The notes under the pieces are model-generated. The model did not search any database. It was not told the DNA's origin and saw only the letters and a list, made by a program, of their open reading frames with translations. From positions 5,016 through 69,015 of the forward strand of contig JAISZL010000062.1 in the NCBI GenBank assembly GCA_031269245.1: 64,000 nucleotides of DNA, in the 5' to 3' direction. Within the stretch, counting starts at the first letter, position 1. The number at the start of each line of letters is the position of its first letter. Positions 17,045 to 26,652 of the stretch are shown in pieces. The position numbers and the translations under genes are program-made. This DNA is from Synergistaceae bacterium. GTDB taxonomy: Bacteria; Synergistota; Synergistia; Synergistales; Synergistaceae.

Positions 17045-17896
17045 TCACCCGATCGAGCACGCGGTGAGCGCCAATATCTCCCCAAGCACTGCCGAGGCTC
17101 CTAGGACGTCGCCGTTTGTACCCCCGAGGTTTTTATTCGCCCACAGCGCGATGCCGGCCGCCGACGAGGCGGCCGCGGCCATGCCTATGGCCCAGCCCAG
17201 CGGCGCCAATGGGAAGAACACGCACGACGCGGCGAACGCGCGGAAGAGCTGGTAACCCTTGAAACCCCGCACCGTGTCGCGTCCCAGCCCCGCGCTCCAC
17301 GGGTATTCGCCCATATATGCCGAGGTCACGGACGCGTATCTGCCCGCAGCTCCGGCGACCGTGGCCGCGTACAGCCAGCTTTCGACGCTTATTGACGACA
17401 GCAGCGCGGCGCGGGTTGACAGCGCCAATATGACGCCGGCGGCCCCGAACGTCCCCATCCTGCTGTCCTTCATCACCGCACGCATCTCCTCGCCCCTTCT
17501 GCCGGACCCTATCCCGTCCCAGAGGTCCCCCCACCCGTCTAGGTGAAGGCTCCATCCGAGAATGGTGTAAACGCCGCAGGCGATCCAAGCCGCCGCGGCC
17601 TGCGGGACGGCCGCCGTCAGCAGCCACGCCGGCATTGTGGCAGCCGCGGCCAGAACCCCTCCCACCAGGGGCATCGCGGCCATCGCGTCAGGGGAGGGCA
17701 TCGTCGGAGGGGAGGGGAGAAGTTTCTTTGGGAGAGGAATCCTCGTCATGAATATCCACAGCACGGTGAAGTGCTCGCTGAGTTTTTTGAAAAAACCGGG
17801 CTGGAGCGCCTCGTCCTTCAGACGTTCCGCGTATTCGAGGATTTTGCCGGCGCGCGCCGCCCCAGTCAATGCGACATACCGCCCTTCTTGACCCAC
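17045..17896 (-). CDS. cobS: Adenosylcobinamide-GDP ribazoletransferase (cobalamin synthase)
   Basis: FMTRIPLP motif in a polytopic membrane protein, directly downstream of cobU. Start uncertain; it overlaps the cobU end. Confidence 0.8.
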   Translation of the reverse strand: MGQEGRYVALTGAARAGKILEYAERLKDEALQPGFFKKLSEHFTVLWIFMTRIPLPKKLLPSPPTMPSPDAMAAMPLVGGVLAAAATMPAWLLTAAVPQAAAAWIACGVYTILGWSLHLDGWGDLWDGIGSGRRGEEMRAVMKDSRMGTFGAAGVILALSTRAALLSSISVESWLYAATVAGAAGRYASVTSAYMGEYPWSAGLGRDTVRGFKGYQLFRAFAASCVFFPLAPLGWAIGMAAAASSAAGIALWANKNLGGTNGDVLGASAVLGEILALTACSIG

Positions 17897-18447
17897 AGCG
17901 GCAGTCCGGCCACTATGAGGGCCACGCCGTCCGCTCGCCGCGCCGCGAGCTGGTTCACCCGCCCCTGCATGTCGCGGAATCTTCTGCCCATGAGATACGT
18001 TGGCACGAGGCCGTATCCGACCTCGTTGCTGACCACTATCAGATGGCTGCGATCATCGGAATGCGAGGCCTCGGCGAAGCTGGAGAATATCTTCTCCACC
18101 TGTCCCGTTATCCTGGCCTCGGCGGCGAGCCACGCCTCCTCGTCCTCGCGCTCCGCCTCAGGCGACGCGAGGAATAGCCGTGATATGTACATGGTGAGGC
18201 AGTCCAGCAGCATGACGCCGGATAATTTCTTTATATCGTCCGGCAGCGTCCAGACGTCCCCCTCCCATGTCCGCCACCCCTGCGGCCTGCGCGTCTTATG
18301 GATCTGTATCCGCGACTCCATCTCCGGGTCGAGCGCGTCGGCGGTCGCTATGTACGCGACACCCCCGCCGCTCGAGAGTTCCTCGGCTAGTTTCTCGGCG
18401 TAAGTGCTCTTCCCGCTGCGAGCTCCTCCAAGTATCAGCGCTATCAT
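17866..18447 (-). CDS. cobU: Bifunctional adenosylcobinamide kinase / adenosylcobinamide-phosphate guanylyltransferase
   Basis: MIALILGGARSGKS P-loop start and ~190 aa size typical of CobU/CobP. Confidence 0.85.
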   Translation of the reverse strand: MIALILGGARSGKSTYAEKLAEELSSGGGVAYIATADALDPEMESRIQIHKTRRPQGWRTWEGDVWTLPDDIKKLSGVMLLDCLTMYISRLFLASPEAEREDEEAWLAAEARITGQVEKIFSSFAEASHSDDRSHLIVVSNEVGYGLVPTYLMGRRFRDMQGRVNQLAARRADGVALIVAGLPLWVKKGGMSH

Positions 18448-18666
18448 GGAAGTGCCATCCCTGATACCGCGCGCCGCAATGTAACCCCTGCTGTCCTCCG
18501 CGTGTCATTCATTCTTAATTCCTCCCAGCGAGCTGTGGCCGCAAAACTATTGTATAATTATATACGATAAGAGCCGGACCAGAAATGGGTCCGGCTCCGC
18601 ATGGGTGAAGAAGAGCTTGTAAAGAGGAGATTTGGAGGTGTTTCGAACATCGTCGGTGAGCGATGT

Positions 18667-18704
18667 TAAAACCAACAAAAGAGGCGCCCTCGCGGGCGCC
18701 TCTT
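18667..18704 (-). terminator. Intrinsic terminator (expression platform of the cobalamin riboswitch)
   Basis: Minus strand AAGAGGCGCCCGCGAGGGCGCCUCUUUUGUUGGUUUU. Confidence 0.7.
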
Positions 18705-18739
18705 ACGTCTCACAGAGTAAAAGGTTGTGTCGTGCCCGC

Positions 18740-18900
18740 GCACTACAACGAAAACACCTTCTCGATCGGTCTCCTGACTCTCGTTCATCCTACTCCCGCG
18801 CCTTCCCGCCCATTGGGGCAGTGGCAAGCGTGCGGTTTCGTCCCGATTACAGTGGCGGGGCCGCTCTGGCTTTGCACCAGATTCCCGTTATCGAGAAATC
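18740..18900 (-). promoter_or_regulatory. Cobalamin (B12) riboswitch
   Basis: Minus strand reads AACGGGAAUCUGGUGCAAAGCCAGAGCGGCCCCGCCACUGUAAUCGGGA...GCCACUG...GGGAAGGC...AGUCAGGAGACC. That gives GGGAA/GGUG, CCCGCCACUGU and the B12 box, all in canonical order. Confidence 0.9.
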
Positions 18901-18922
18901 AAAATATCTTATTGCTGAGGTA

Positions 18923-18951
18923 AGACTACGCTAATACGGCTATTTTGTCAA
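18923..18951 (-). promoter_or_regulatory. Candidate promoter for the riboswitch-cobUS transcript
   Basis: Minus strand TTGACA - 17 nt - TAGTCT, about 20 nt upstream of the aptamer. Confidence 0.35.
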
Positions 18952-18981
18952 GCCGAAATTCAAATTTTTCAGGAATTTTAT

Positions 18982-19377
18982 TTAAAGAATTTTTTGCGGC
19001 GCCTCGGTCATCGAGTAGAGCACGGCGGACGGGCTCTCCAGGTAGAAGACCTCGAAGATGGGGTTGTCCGGCGACTGGTATATGTTTTTGAAGTTGGGGA
19101 ATACCTCGAACGCCTGTTTTTTCGCGGCCAGGCTGCCGTCGAAGATCGCCTTCCCCTCGACGCGTATCCACTTGCCCTCGTCGATCATCGCGGAAAACTC
19201 CACATTGGGATTTTTTTGGAGCTGCTTGTAGAAATTTTTCTGGTTCGCCGTGGTGAAGTACAACTTGTCCTCGAAGACCATTATGAACCCGAAAGGACGC
19301 ACTCGCGGATGGTCCCCGTCTATCGTCGCGATGTGGAAGACCCCTGCCTTGCGCACCAGGTCGACTACCTGCTTCAT
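18982..19377 (-). CDS. Pyridoxamine 5'-phosphate oxidase-family (FMN-binding split barrel) protein
   Basis: 131 aa. VFHIATIDGDHPRVRPFGF...KLYFTTANQKNFYKQLQKNPNVE pattern. Confidence 0.7.
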   Translation of the reverse strand: MKQVVDLVRKAGVFHIATIDGDHPRVRPFGFIMVFEDKLYFTTANQKNFYKQLQKNPNVEFSAMIDEGKWIRVEGKAIFDGSLAAKKQAFEVFPNFKNIYQSPDNPIFEVFYLESPSAVLYSMTEAPQKIL

Positions 19378-19550
19378 ATGAACTCCTCCTTAGTATATTG
19401 ATTTAGTGCGATATAACCAACGAGATTATATCACTGTCGGCGCAACGCGCAAATAAAATATAAAAGTCCCTGGTCAATTCGAGTCGCGCTAATTCCTCAG
19501 CCATAGTATAATAAAAGGGATTTTGAAAACATGGAGGATAGATAACCGTT

Positions 19551-21635
19551 GTGGAAGACGACAGCAGTGTGAAGTTCGAGTTGGTCTCCCCGTGGCCCGC
19601 GTCCGGCGACCAGCCTGAGGCCATTGAAAAACTGTGCGCGGGGTTCGAGTCGCGCGACAGTGCGAAACAGACGCTCCTGGGCGTCACGGGAAGCGGCAAG
19701 ACGTTCACTATGGCCAACATAATCGCTAAACTTCAGCGGCCCACGCTCGTGATGGCCCCCAACAAGACGTTGGCGGCCCAGCTCTACAGCGAGTTCAAGG
19801 ATTTTTTCCCCAGCAACGCCGTTCACTACTTCGTCAGCTATTACGACTACTACCAGCCCGAGGCATACGTCCCCGCCCAGGACATTTACATCGAGAAGGA
19901 CGCGTCGATAAACGAGCGCATAGAGAAGCTGCGGCTCGCCACGACCAAGGCGCTGATAGAGCGCAGGGACGTCGTGGTGGTGGCCAGCGTCTCATGCATA
20001 TACGGCTTGGGCAAGCGAAAGAATTACGAGGACGCGGTGTTCCGTTTCGCGGTTGGCGACCTGTGGCGCAGACGAGACTTCATGATGCGCCTCCTGGACA
20101 ACTACTACGAGCGAAACGACTCGGCGTTCGCCCCGGGCTTGTTCAGGTCACGCGGGGATGTCCTGGAGCTTTACCCGTCCTACAGCGACACGGCGCTCCG
20201 CATCTCGTTCTTCGACGACGAGATAGAGCGAATAGACGAGATAGACCCGGTCTCGGGACATACGCTCCTGACGAAGCGCACCGCATCGATATTCCCCGCG
20301 AAGCACTACGTGACCACTGACGACGCGATCCTGTCCGCGAGGGAGAAGATCGAGGCGGAGCTCGAGGAGCGAGTGAGCGAGCTCAACGAGAAAAACATGC
20401 TGCTCGAGGCGCAGCGGCTCGCGAGCCGCACGAGGTACGACCTGGAGATGCTGGCCGAGGTCGGTTACTGCTCCGGCATCGAGAACTACTCGCGATTTCT
20501 GGACGGACGCGAGCCGGGCGAGTCCCCTGGCACCCTCATGGACTTCTTCCCCGACGATTTTTTGCTGTTCCTAGACGAGTCGCACATGACCGTCCCGCAG
20601 ATACGGGGGATGTACAACGGCGACAGGGCGCGCAAGGAGGTGTTGGTGGAGCACGGTTTCAGGCTGCCGTCGTGCCTCGACAACAGGCCGCTCAAGTGGG
20701 ACGAGTTCAGCGCGTTCATGAAGAACGTCCTTTTCGTCTCGGCCACACCGGGCGACTACGAGATGGAGTGCTCGTTGATGGTGGCGGAGCAGCTCATCCG
20801 CCCGACGGGGCTGCCGGATCCGGACATCGAGGTCCGCCCCGCGACCGGCCAGGTCGACCACCTCCTAGCCGAGCTGAGGGACGTGATATCGAGCGGCGAG
20901 AGGGCGATCGTGACGACCCTCACCAAGCGCGCGGCCGAGGACTTGGCGAAGTACTACGCGGAGCTCGGCCTGAAGGTTCAGTACCTGCACTCCGAGATGA
21001 ACACCTTCGAGCGCGCGGAGATACTTCGCGACCTGCGCCTCGGGGTCTACTCCGTGCTGGTAGGGGTCAACCTCCTTCGAGAGGGGATAGATCTCCCGGA
21101 GGTGTCGCTGGTGGCCATAACCGAAGCCGATCGCGAGGGATACCTGAGGTCGTACCGCTCGCTCATACAGATGATAGGCAGGGCCGCGCGGAACGAGGCG
21201 GGGCGCGTCATACTGTACGCGGACAGGATGACGGACAGCATCGATACGGCGATTCGAGAGACGATGCGCCGCAGATCGGCACAAATGAAGTACAATGAGG
21301 AGAATGGTATCGTCCCCCAGACTATCAGCAAGACGGTCAAGGACCTGCTGCCCGCTGAGCTGGCGGGCGAATCGGCCGGCGGGATGCGCATATCGGCGGC
21401 CTCCGACGAGGAGGGGAACCAGGCGGCTCTCGACGCGCGGAGCGCGAGAGACCTGGAACGCCGCATGTGGGAGGCGGTCGAACGGCTCGACTTCGAGCTC
21501 GCGGCCGAGCTGAGGGACATCATCAACAGCAGAAGGAGTCATAATGATGGAGCTTCCGGCCCCGGATTGGATAAGAATAAACGGCGCTCGTCAACACAAT
21601 TTAAAAAACATAAACGTAGAACTGCCAAAAAATAA
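19551..21635 (+). CDS. uvrB: Excinuclease ABC subunit B
   Basis: [15 protein letters not shown] Walker A, DESH, C-terminal UVR motif FELAAELRD. Start is GTG 19551 or 19569. Confidence 0.95.
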   Translation: MEDDSSVKFELVSPWPASGDQPEAIEKLCAGFESRDSAKQTLLGVTGSGKTFTMANIIAKLQRPTLVMAPNKTLAAQLYSEFKDFFPSNAVHYFVSYYDYYQPEAYVPAQDIYIEKDASINERIEKLRLATTKALIERRDVVVVASVSCIYGLGKRKNYEDAVFRFAVGDLWRRRDFMMRLLDNYYERNDSAFAPGLFRSRGDVLELYPSYSDTALRISFFDDEIERIDEIDPVSGHTLLTKRTASIFPAKHYVTTDDAILSAREKIEAELEERVSELNEKNMLLEAQRLASRTRYDLEMLAEVGYCSGIENYSRFLDGREPGESPGTLMDFFPDDFLLFLDESHMTVPQIRGMYNGDRARKEVLVEHGFRLPSCLDNRPLKWDEFSAFMKNVLFVSATPGDYEMECSLMVAEQLIRPTGLPDPDIEVRPATGQVDHLLAELRDVISSGERAIVTTLTKRAAEDLAKYYAELGLKVQYLHSEMNTFERAEILRDLRLGVYSVLVGVNLLREGIDLPEVSLVAITEADREGYLRSYRSLIQMIGRAARNEAGRVILYADRMTDSIDTAIRETMRRRSAQMKYNEENGIVPQTISKTVKDLLPAELAGESAGGMRISAASDEEGNQAALDARSARDLERRMWEAVERLDFELAAELRDIINSRRSHNDGASGPGLDKNKRRSSTQFKKHKRRTAKK

Positions 21636-24390
21636 ACTGGTGCTCCTCACCGGCCCCTCGGGGTCTGGGAAATCGTCGCTCGCGTTCGACACGATATACG
21701 CCGAGGGACAGCGCAGGTACGTGGAGTCGCTTTCGTCGTACGCGAGGCAGTTCCTGGGGATGCAGGACAAGCCGGACGTCGACGACATATCAGGGCTGTC
21801 GCCGGCCATCTCGATAGAGCAGAAGGGGACCAGCCACAACCCTCGTTCGACCGTTGGCACCGTCACGGAGATATACGACTACCTGCGCCTGCTCTACGGC
21901 AGGGCGGGGACCCCTCACTGCCCGTCCTGCGGCAAGCCCGTGCTGAGGTACAGCTTGGACGAGATAGTTGACAGGATATTCGGCGATTACAACGGGAGGG
22001 CGCTCGAGATAATGTCGCCCCTCGTTAAGGGGAAGAAGGGCGAGTACCGCAACCTGCTGCTACAATTGAAGCAGCAGGGGTATATGCGTGTGCGCGTTGA
22101 CGGGGAGACTTACTGGCTCGAGGAGGAGGTCTCGCTCGACCGGAAAAGGCGCCACTCGATAGAGGTCGTGGTCGACCGCATGAGGGTCAAGGACGAGAGC
22201 AAGTCCAGAATAGCGGAGGCGGTCGAGATAGCGCTTCGTCTTTCGGAGGGCTTCGTGCTGCTCTGCTCCGATGGCTTGGACGATCTGGAGCTGACCGAAA
22301 AGTACATCTGCCCGGATTGCCAGGTCAGCCTCCCCGAGATAGAGCCGCGCCTCTTCTCGTTCAACAACCCCTTCGGCGCGTGCCCCGATTGCTCCGGCAT
22401 CGGGGTGCATCAGCACTTTTCGCCGGAGCTGTCCGTGATAGACGAGCTATCCGTGCTGGACGGCGCGTTTCTGCCGTGGAGGAACTACAAATACATGATC
22501 GCCCGCGCGCAGATGATTGCGGAGCGCCACGGCTGGGACCTGTCGAGACCTTTCCGCTCCCTGCCCAGGGACGCGCGCGACTCGTTGCTCTACGGATCTG
22601 AGGAAAAGCTCACGCTAACGTTCGTCGACAAGCACGGCGAGAGCGAGTATCAGGGCCGTTACGAGGGCCTCATCCCTTGGCTGGCGAGGCGCTTCGACGA
22701 GACGGAGTCCGAGAACTGGCGGGAGGAGATGTCGCGGTATCGCGCCGAGGACGTCTGCGCGTCATGCGGCGGGAGGAGGCTCAAACCCGAGGCGCTCGCT
22801 GTTCGTCTCGGCGGGTACAACATAGCTGAGTTGACCGCCATGCCGGTCCTCGATCTCATGCCCGCGCTGGAATCCCTCTCGTTGACCGGCAATCAGCGAA
22901 AAATTGTCGGGCTGGCCCTCTCCGAAGTTCAAAAACGCCTCTCGTTCCTCATCGACGTAGGCGCGGGATACCTGTCGCTCGACAGAAGGGCGGACACACT
23001 GTCGGGAGGGGAGAGCCAGAGGATTCGCCTCGCGACCCAGATAGGCTCGAAGCTGACCGGGGTGCTCTATGTTCTGGACGAGCCGACGATAGGACTTCAC
23101 CCGAGGGACACGAACAGGCTGCTCGACACGCTTGCGGCGATACGGAGCATAGGCAACACCGTGATAGTGGTCGAGCACGACAGGGACGCCCTCAAATATG
23201 CCGACTACGTTCTGGAACTGGGGCCCGGCGCCGGCGAGAATGGCGGGCACGTCGTGATTCAGGGTACCCCGGACAAGATAGAGGCGTCGGACTCCCTGTC
23301 GGGGGCTTTTTTGCGCGGAGAGGTGACCGGCATAGTGAAGGCTGGCGGCGGCAGGCGCAAGCCCAACGGCTGGATAAAGGTCTCCGGCTGCCGCGAACAC
23401 AACCTGAAGGACATCGACATATCGATCCCTAAGGGGGTGCTGGCATCTTTGTGCGGTTTGTCGGGGTCGGGCAAGAGCACCTTCCTGTACGAGATACTCT
23501 ACAAGGGGCTTCGGATGAAGCTCGACCCGGAGTATCGCGACAGGCCGGGGAAGTTCGGCTCGCTCGACGGATACGAAGGGCTGCGCAACGTCGTGCTTGT
23601 GGACCAGAGCCCCATCGGCCGGACGCCCCGCTCCAACCCGGCGACGTACACGGGGGTGTTCACGCCGATCAGGGAGTTTTTTGCCGCGCTCCCCGAGTCG
23701 AAGCTGAGGGGCTATCTCCCCGGGCGCTTCAGCTTCAACGTGAAAGGAGGACGCTGCGAGGCGTGTTCCGGCGACGGCGTCATAAAAGTGTCGATGCTCT
23801 TCCTCCCGGATGTATATGTAAATTGCGACATTTGCCGCGGCAAGAGGTATAATAGGGAGACTTTGGAGGTCGCGTACAAGGGCATGTCCATAGCCGACGT
23901 GCTCGACCTGACGGTGGATGAAGCTGTCGCGCGTTTTCGCGATATACCGAGGATAGCGTCCCGCCTCGCGGTCATCCAGGAGGCGGGGCTGGGGTACATA
24001 AAGCTGGGGCAGCCGGCTACGACCCTGTCCGGCGGCGAGGCGCAGCGGGTGAAACTTGCGACGGAGCTTGGCAAACGCTTCAGGGGCAATGCTCTTTACC
24101 TGCTCGATGAACCGACTACCGGGTTGCATTATACTGATGTGAGGCAACTGCTGTCGCTTCTTCATAAATTGGTGGATCAGGGGAATTCCGTTCTTTTGAT
24201 AGAGCATAACATGGACGTGCTCACCTCCTCGGATTATCTCGTCGATTTGGGGCCGGAGGGCGGGGAGCAGGGCGGTCGCGTCGTAGTGTGCGGGACGCCG
24301 GAGCAGGTGGCGAAGGCCGGAAAAGGGTATACGAGCGAATATTTGGGCGAATACATGAAAGAACTGAAGGCAGGCGGCAGGAAAAAGTGA
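21544..24390 (+). CDS. uvrA: Excinuclease ABC subunit A
   Basis: [14 protein letters not shown], two ABC modules ([18 protein letters not shown]), LSGGE signatures, Cys4 zinc modules. AGAAGGAG SD. Confidence 0.95.
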   Translation: MMELPAPDWIRINGARQHNLKNINVELPKNKLVLLTGPSGSGKSSLAFDTIYAEGQRRYVESLSSYARQFLGMQDKPDVDDISGLSPAISIEQKGTSHNPRSTVGTVTEIYDYLRLLYGRAGTPHCPSCGKPVLRYSLDEIVDRIFGDYNGRALEIMSPLVKGKKGEYRNLLLQLKQQGYMRVRVDGETYWLEEEVSLDRKRRHSIEVVVDRMRVKDESKSRIAEAVEIALRLSEGFVLLCSDGLDDLELTEKYICPDCQVSLPEIEPRLFSFNNPFGACPDCSGIGVHQHFSPELSVIDELSVLDGAFLPWRNYKYMIARAQMIAERHGWDLSRPFRSLPRDARDSLLYGSEEKLTLTFVDKHGESEYQGRYEGLIPWLARRFDETESENWREEMSRYRAEDVCASCGGRRLKPEALAVRLGGYNIAELTAMPVLDLMPALESLSLTGNQRKIVGLALSEVQKRLSFLIDVGAGYLSLDRRADTLSGGESQRIRLATQIGSKLTGVLYVLDEPTIGLHPRDTNRLLDTLAAIRSIGNTVIVVEHDRDALKYADYVLELGPGAGENGGHVVIQGTPDKIEASDSLSGAFLRGEVTGIVKAGGGRRKPNGWIKVSGCREHNLKDIDISIPKGVLASLCGLSGSGKSTFLYEILYKGLRMKLDPEYRDRPGKFGSLDGYEGLRNVVLVDQSPIGRTPRSNPATYTGVFTPIREFFAALPESKLRGYLPGRFSFNVKGGRCEACSGDGVIKVSMLFLPDVYVNCDICRGKRYNRETLEVAYKGMSIADVLDLTVDEAVARFRDIPRIASRLAVIQEAGLGYIKLGQPATTLSGGEAQRVKLATELGKRFRGNALYLLDEPTTGLHYTDVRQLLSLLHKLVDQGNSVLLIEHNMDVLTSSDYLVDLGPEGGEQGGRVVVCGTPEQVAKAGKGYTSEYLGEYMKELKAGGRKK

Positions 24391-25175
24391 GCCGTCCCAC
24401 GAAGAGCGGGTCGGATTTCAAAGGGGAACCGAGCCATCCCGGCGGGGAGTATTGCTGGGGTAAAAATGGCGTTATCGCGTTGCTCGAAGGGGCGTCCGCG
24501 CGTTGCTTGAAAGTTATGATATCGAAGTCTATGCATGGCGGGGCTTCGGGCAGGATAATTGATTTGTGCAGAGCCTCGCGGATCCCTTACGTCATAACCT
24601 CGTCTCAGGCGCTGGATTCTCTGTTGGGCGGCGAAAGCCACCAGGGTGTCGCCGCCAGGGTGGCCCCATCAAGTTTGTTGGCGTTGGAGGACGCGACGGC
24701 GCTTCTTCCTCCTCCTCCGGGTCCTGTGTTGGCAGTGCTGTTGGATCATGTCCAGGATCCTCATAACCTCGGTGCGATGATACGCAGCGCGGAGGCGGCG
24801 TCGGCGTCGTTTGTCGCCCTGCCCCGGAGGAGAAGCGCGCTGCCGACTGGGACGGTGGCGAAGACGAGCGCGGGGGCGTCCCTGAGGTTCCCTGTGGCGT
24901 CGGCCGGCAACGTCGCGAACGCCGTCAGGGACATGCAGAGCGCCGGGCTGTGGGCCGTCGGGCTGGACATGGATGCCCCCGGAACGATATACGATGCCCC
25001 TCTGCCAAAGAGGTGTCTATTGGTGGTCGGCGGCGAGAGCGAGGGCGTCGGGAGGACCGCCTTCAAGGCGTGTGACGAAACGCTTCGCATACCGATAAGC
25101 GGCAGGGCCGGAAGCCTGAACGCCTCCGTGGCGCTGTCGATAGCGATGTTCGAGTGGGCGAGGGTAAACTTGTAA
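24387..25175 (+). CDS. rlmB: TrmH/SpoU-family 23S rRNA 2'-O-methyltransferase (RlmB-like)
   Basis: HQGVAA, DHVQDPHNLGAMIRSAEA, LVVGGESEGV, GSLNASVA motifs. GTG 24387 overlaps the uvrA stop (GTGA). Confidence 0.7.
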   Translation: MSRPTKSGSDFKGEPSHPGGEYCWGKNGVIALLEGASARCLKVMISKSMHGGASGRIIDLCRASRIPYVITSSQALDSLLGGESHQGVAARVAPSSLLALEDATALLPPPPGPVLAVLLDHVQDPHNLGAMIRSAEAASASFVALPRRRSALPTGTVAKTSAGASLRFPVASAGNVANAVRDMQSAGLWAVGLDMDAPGTIYDAPLPKRCLLVVGGESEGVGRTAFKACDETLRIPISGRAGSLNASVALSIAMFEWARVNL

Positions 25176-25219
25176 TATTTATCGATAATGTTGAGGCATT
25201 CAACGGAGTTGAGAAAAAC

Positions 25220-26374
25220 ATGAAATCAGAAGAAGGCAGGAGCTCTGTCCTTATAGTCGATGACACCGACATCAACGTGGACATACTGGTCGACGCCCTG
25301 GGGGGTCTGTACGACATCAAAGTCGCGATGGACGGGGAATCTGCCCTCGAGCTCGTTAAGCAAAACCCTCCGGACATCATCCTGCTGGATGTGGTGATGC
25401 CCGGCATGAGCGGTTACGATGTGTGCATAGAGCTGAAATCCGATCCCAAGACATCTGACATCCCGGTGATATTCCTGACTGCAATGACCGACATAAACGA
25501 CAAGGCGCGCGGGTTTGACCTGGGCGCGGTCGATTACATGGTGAAGCCGTTCGATATCAGGGAGGTTCAGGCCAGGATAGACGTCCATCTCTCGCTCCTG
25601 AACGCCAAAAAAGCTCTGAAGCAGCAGAACGAACTCCTGGAGATCAAGGTCAAGGAGAGGACGCAGGAGCTGTCGGTTACCCAAAGCGTGATAATAGAGG
25701 CGATGGCGAGCCTTGCCGAGACCAGGGATCAGGAGACGGGGGACCACGTGATGCGCACGAGATTCTACGTGCAGCTGCTCGCGGTCAAACTCGCGTCTCA
25801 CCCGAAGTTCGAAAATTTCTTGAGACAGCAGGACCCGGACGACCTGGGCACCGCTGCGACGCTCCACGACATAGGTAAGGTGGGGGTTCCCGATCACATT
25901 CTGCTGAAACCGGCCAGGCTGACCCCCGAGGAGTTCGAGGAGGTCAAAAAGCACACCATATACGGGCACAATATTTTGAACAAGCTGGCGCATCGCCTGC
26001 CCGGCAATTCGTTTCTGAAACTGGCCGACGACATCGCGTGGTCACACCACGAGAAGTGGAACGGCTTCGGTTACCCCAGGGGGCTCAAGGGCGACGACAT
26101 ACCCATCCCAGGGCGGCTGATGGCCATCGCGGACGTGTACGACGCCATAATAAGCCCGAGGGTCTACAAGGGCCCCATGACCAACGGCGAAGCTGTCGAG
26201 TTCATCCTGTCCCAGAGCGGTACTCACTTCGACCCCGACGTAGTCGCGGCCTTCGTGGAGCTCGAGGACACTTTCAATTTCGTGGCGAATGAGCTGACCG
26301 GAGCGTCAATGGAGGAGGTATTCGGGTCGAAGGCGTCTCTGTCTGAGTGGCTCGGGGAAAAGTTTCCGGTTTGA
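25220..26374 (+). CDS. Response regulator with HD-GYP output domain (RpfG family)
   Basis: Receiver VLIVDD...ILLDVVMPGMSG...KPF. HD-GYP motifs HDIGKVGVPD and HHEKWNGFGYPRGL. Confidence 0.85.
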   Translation: MKSEEGRSSVLIVDDTDINVDILVDALGGLYDIKVAMDGESALELVKQNPPDIILLDVVMPGMSGYDVCIELKSDPKTSDIPVIFLTAMTDINDKARGFDLGAVDYMVKPFDIREVQARIDVHLSLLNAKKALKQQNELLEIKVKERTQELSVTQSVIIEAMASLAETRDQETGDHVMRTRFYVQLLAVKLASHPKFENFLRQQDPDDLGTAATLHDIGKVGVPDHILLKPARLTPEEFEEVKKHTIYGHNILNKLAHRLPGNSFLKLADDIAWSHHEKWNGFGYPRGLKGDDIPIPGRLMAIADVYDAIISPRVYKGPMTNGEAVEFILSQSGTHFDPDVVAAFVELEDTFNFVANELTGASMEEVFGSKASLSEWLGEKFPV

Positions 26375-26395
26375 CGGCATCCGCGGATTGATCGC

Positions 26396-26447
26396 GCTCG
26401 CATCAGCCATTTAGTATGCTTCGGTTGCGAGCATCCCCCTTTTTTTT
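26396..26447 (+). terminator. Candidate intrinsic terminator
   Basis: GCTCGCA...TGCGAGC stem followed by CCCCC T8. Confidence 0.5.
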
Positions 26448-26566
26448 ATTAGGATACGTTATATTACTGGTTGTCATTTCATACATTTATCACGTCCTAA
26501 AATTCCTCTCGCGTGGTATCTCTGTACGGGCAACGCGAACGGATTCATCCAAATCGCGCAAAATAT

Positions 26567-26595
26567 TTGACAAGATATTTTGATTTTGGTATTAT
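26567..26595 (+). promoter_or_regulatory. Near-consensus sigma-70-type promoter upstream of rpoB
   Basis: TTGACA (26567-26572), 17-nt spacer, TGg-TATTAT extended -10 (26587-26595). Confidence 0.6.
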
Positions 26596-26652
26596 CTACG
26601 ACTGTACATGTCGTACTATCTAAAAAATTCAACCAGGGAGGTAGTTCTCCCC

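Noticed and set aside
17866-17896. 31-nt cobU/cobS overlap
   Set aside because: It depends on choosing the longest cobS start and is probably a start-codon assignment issue rather than biology.
22762-24207. 481-aa minus-strand ORF inside uvrA
   Set aside because: Shadow ORF antisense to a fully motif-supported uvrA, with the same biased composition.
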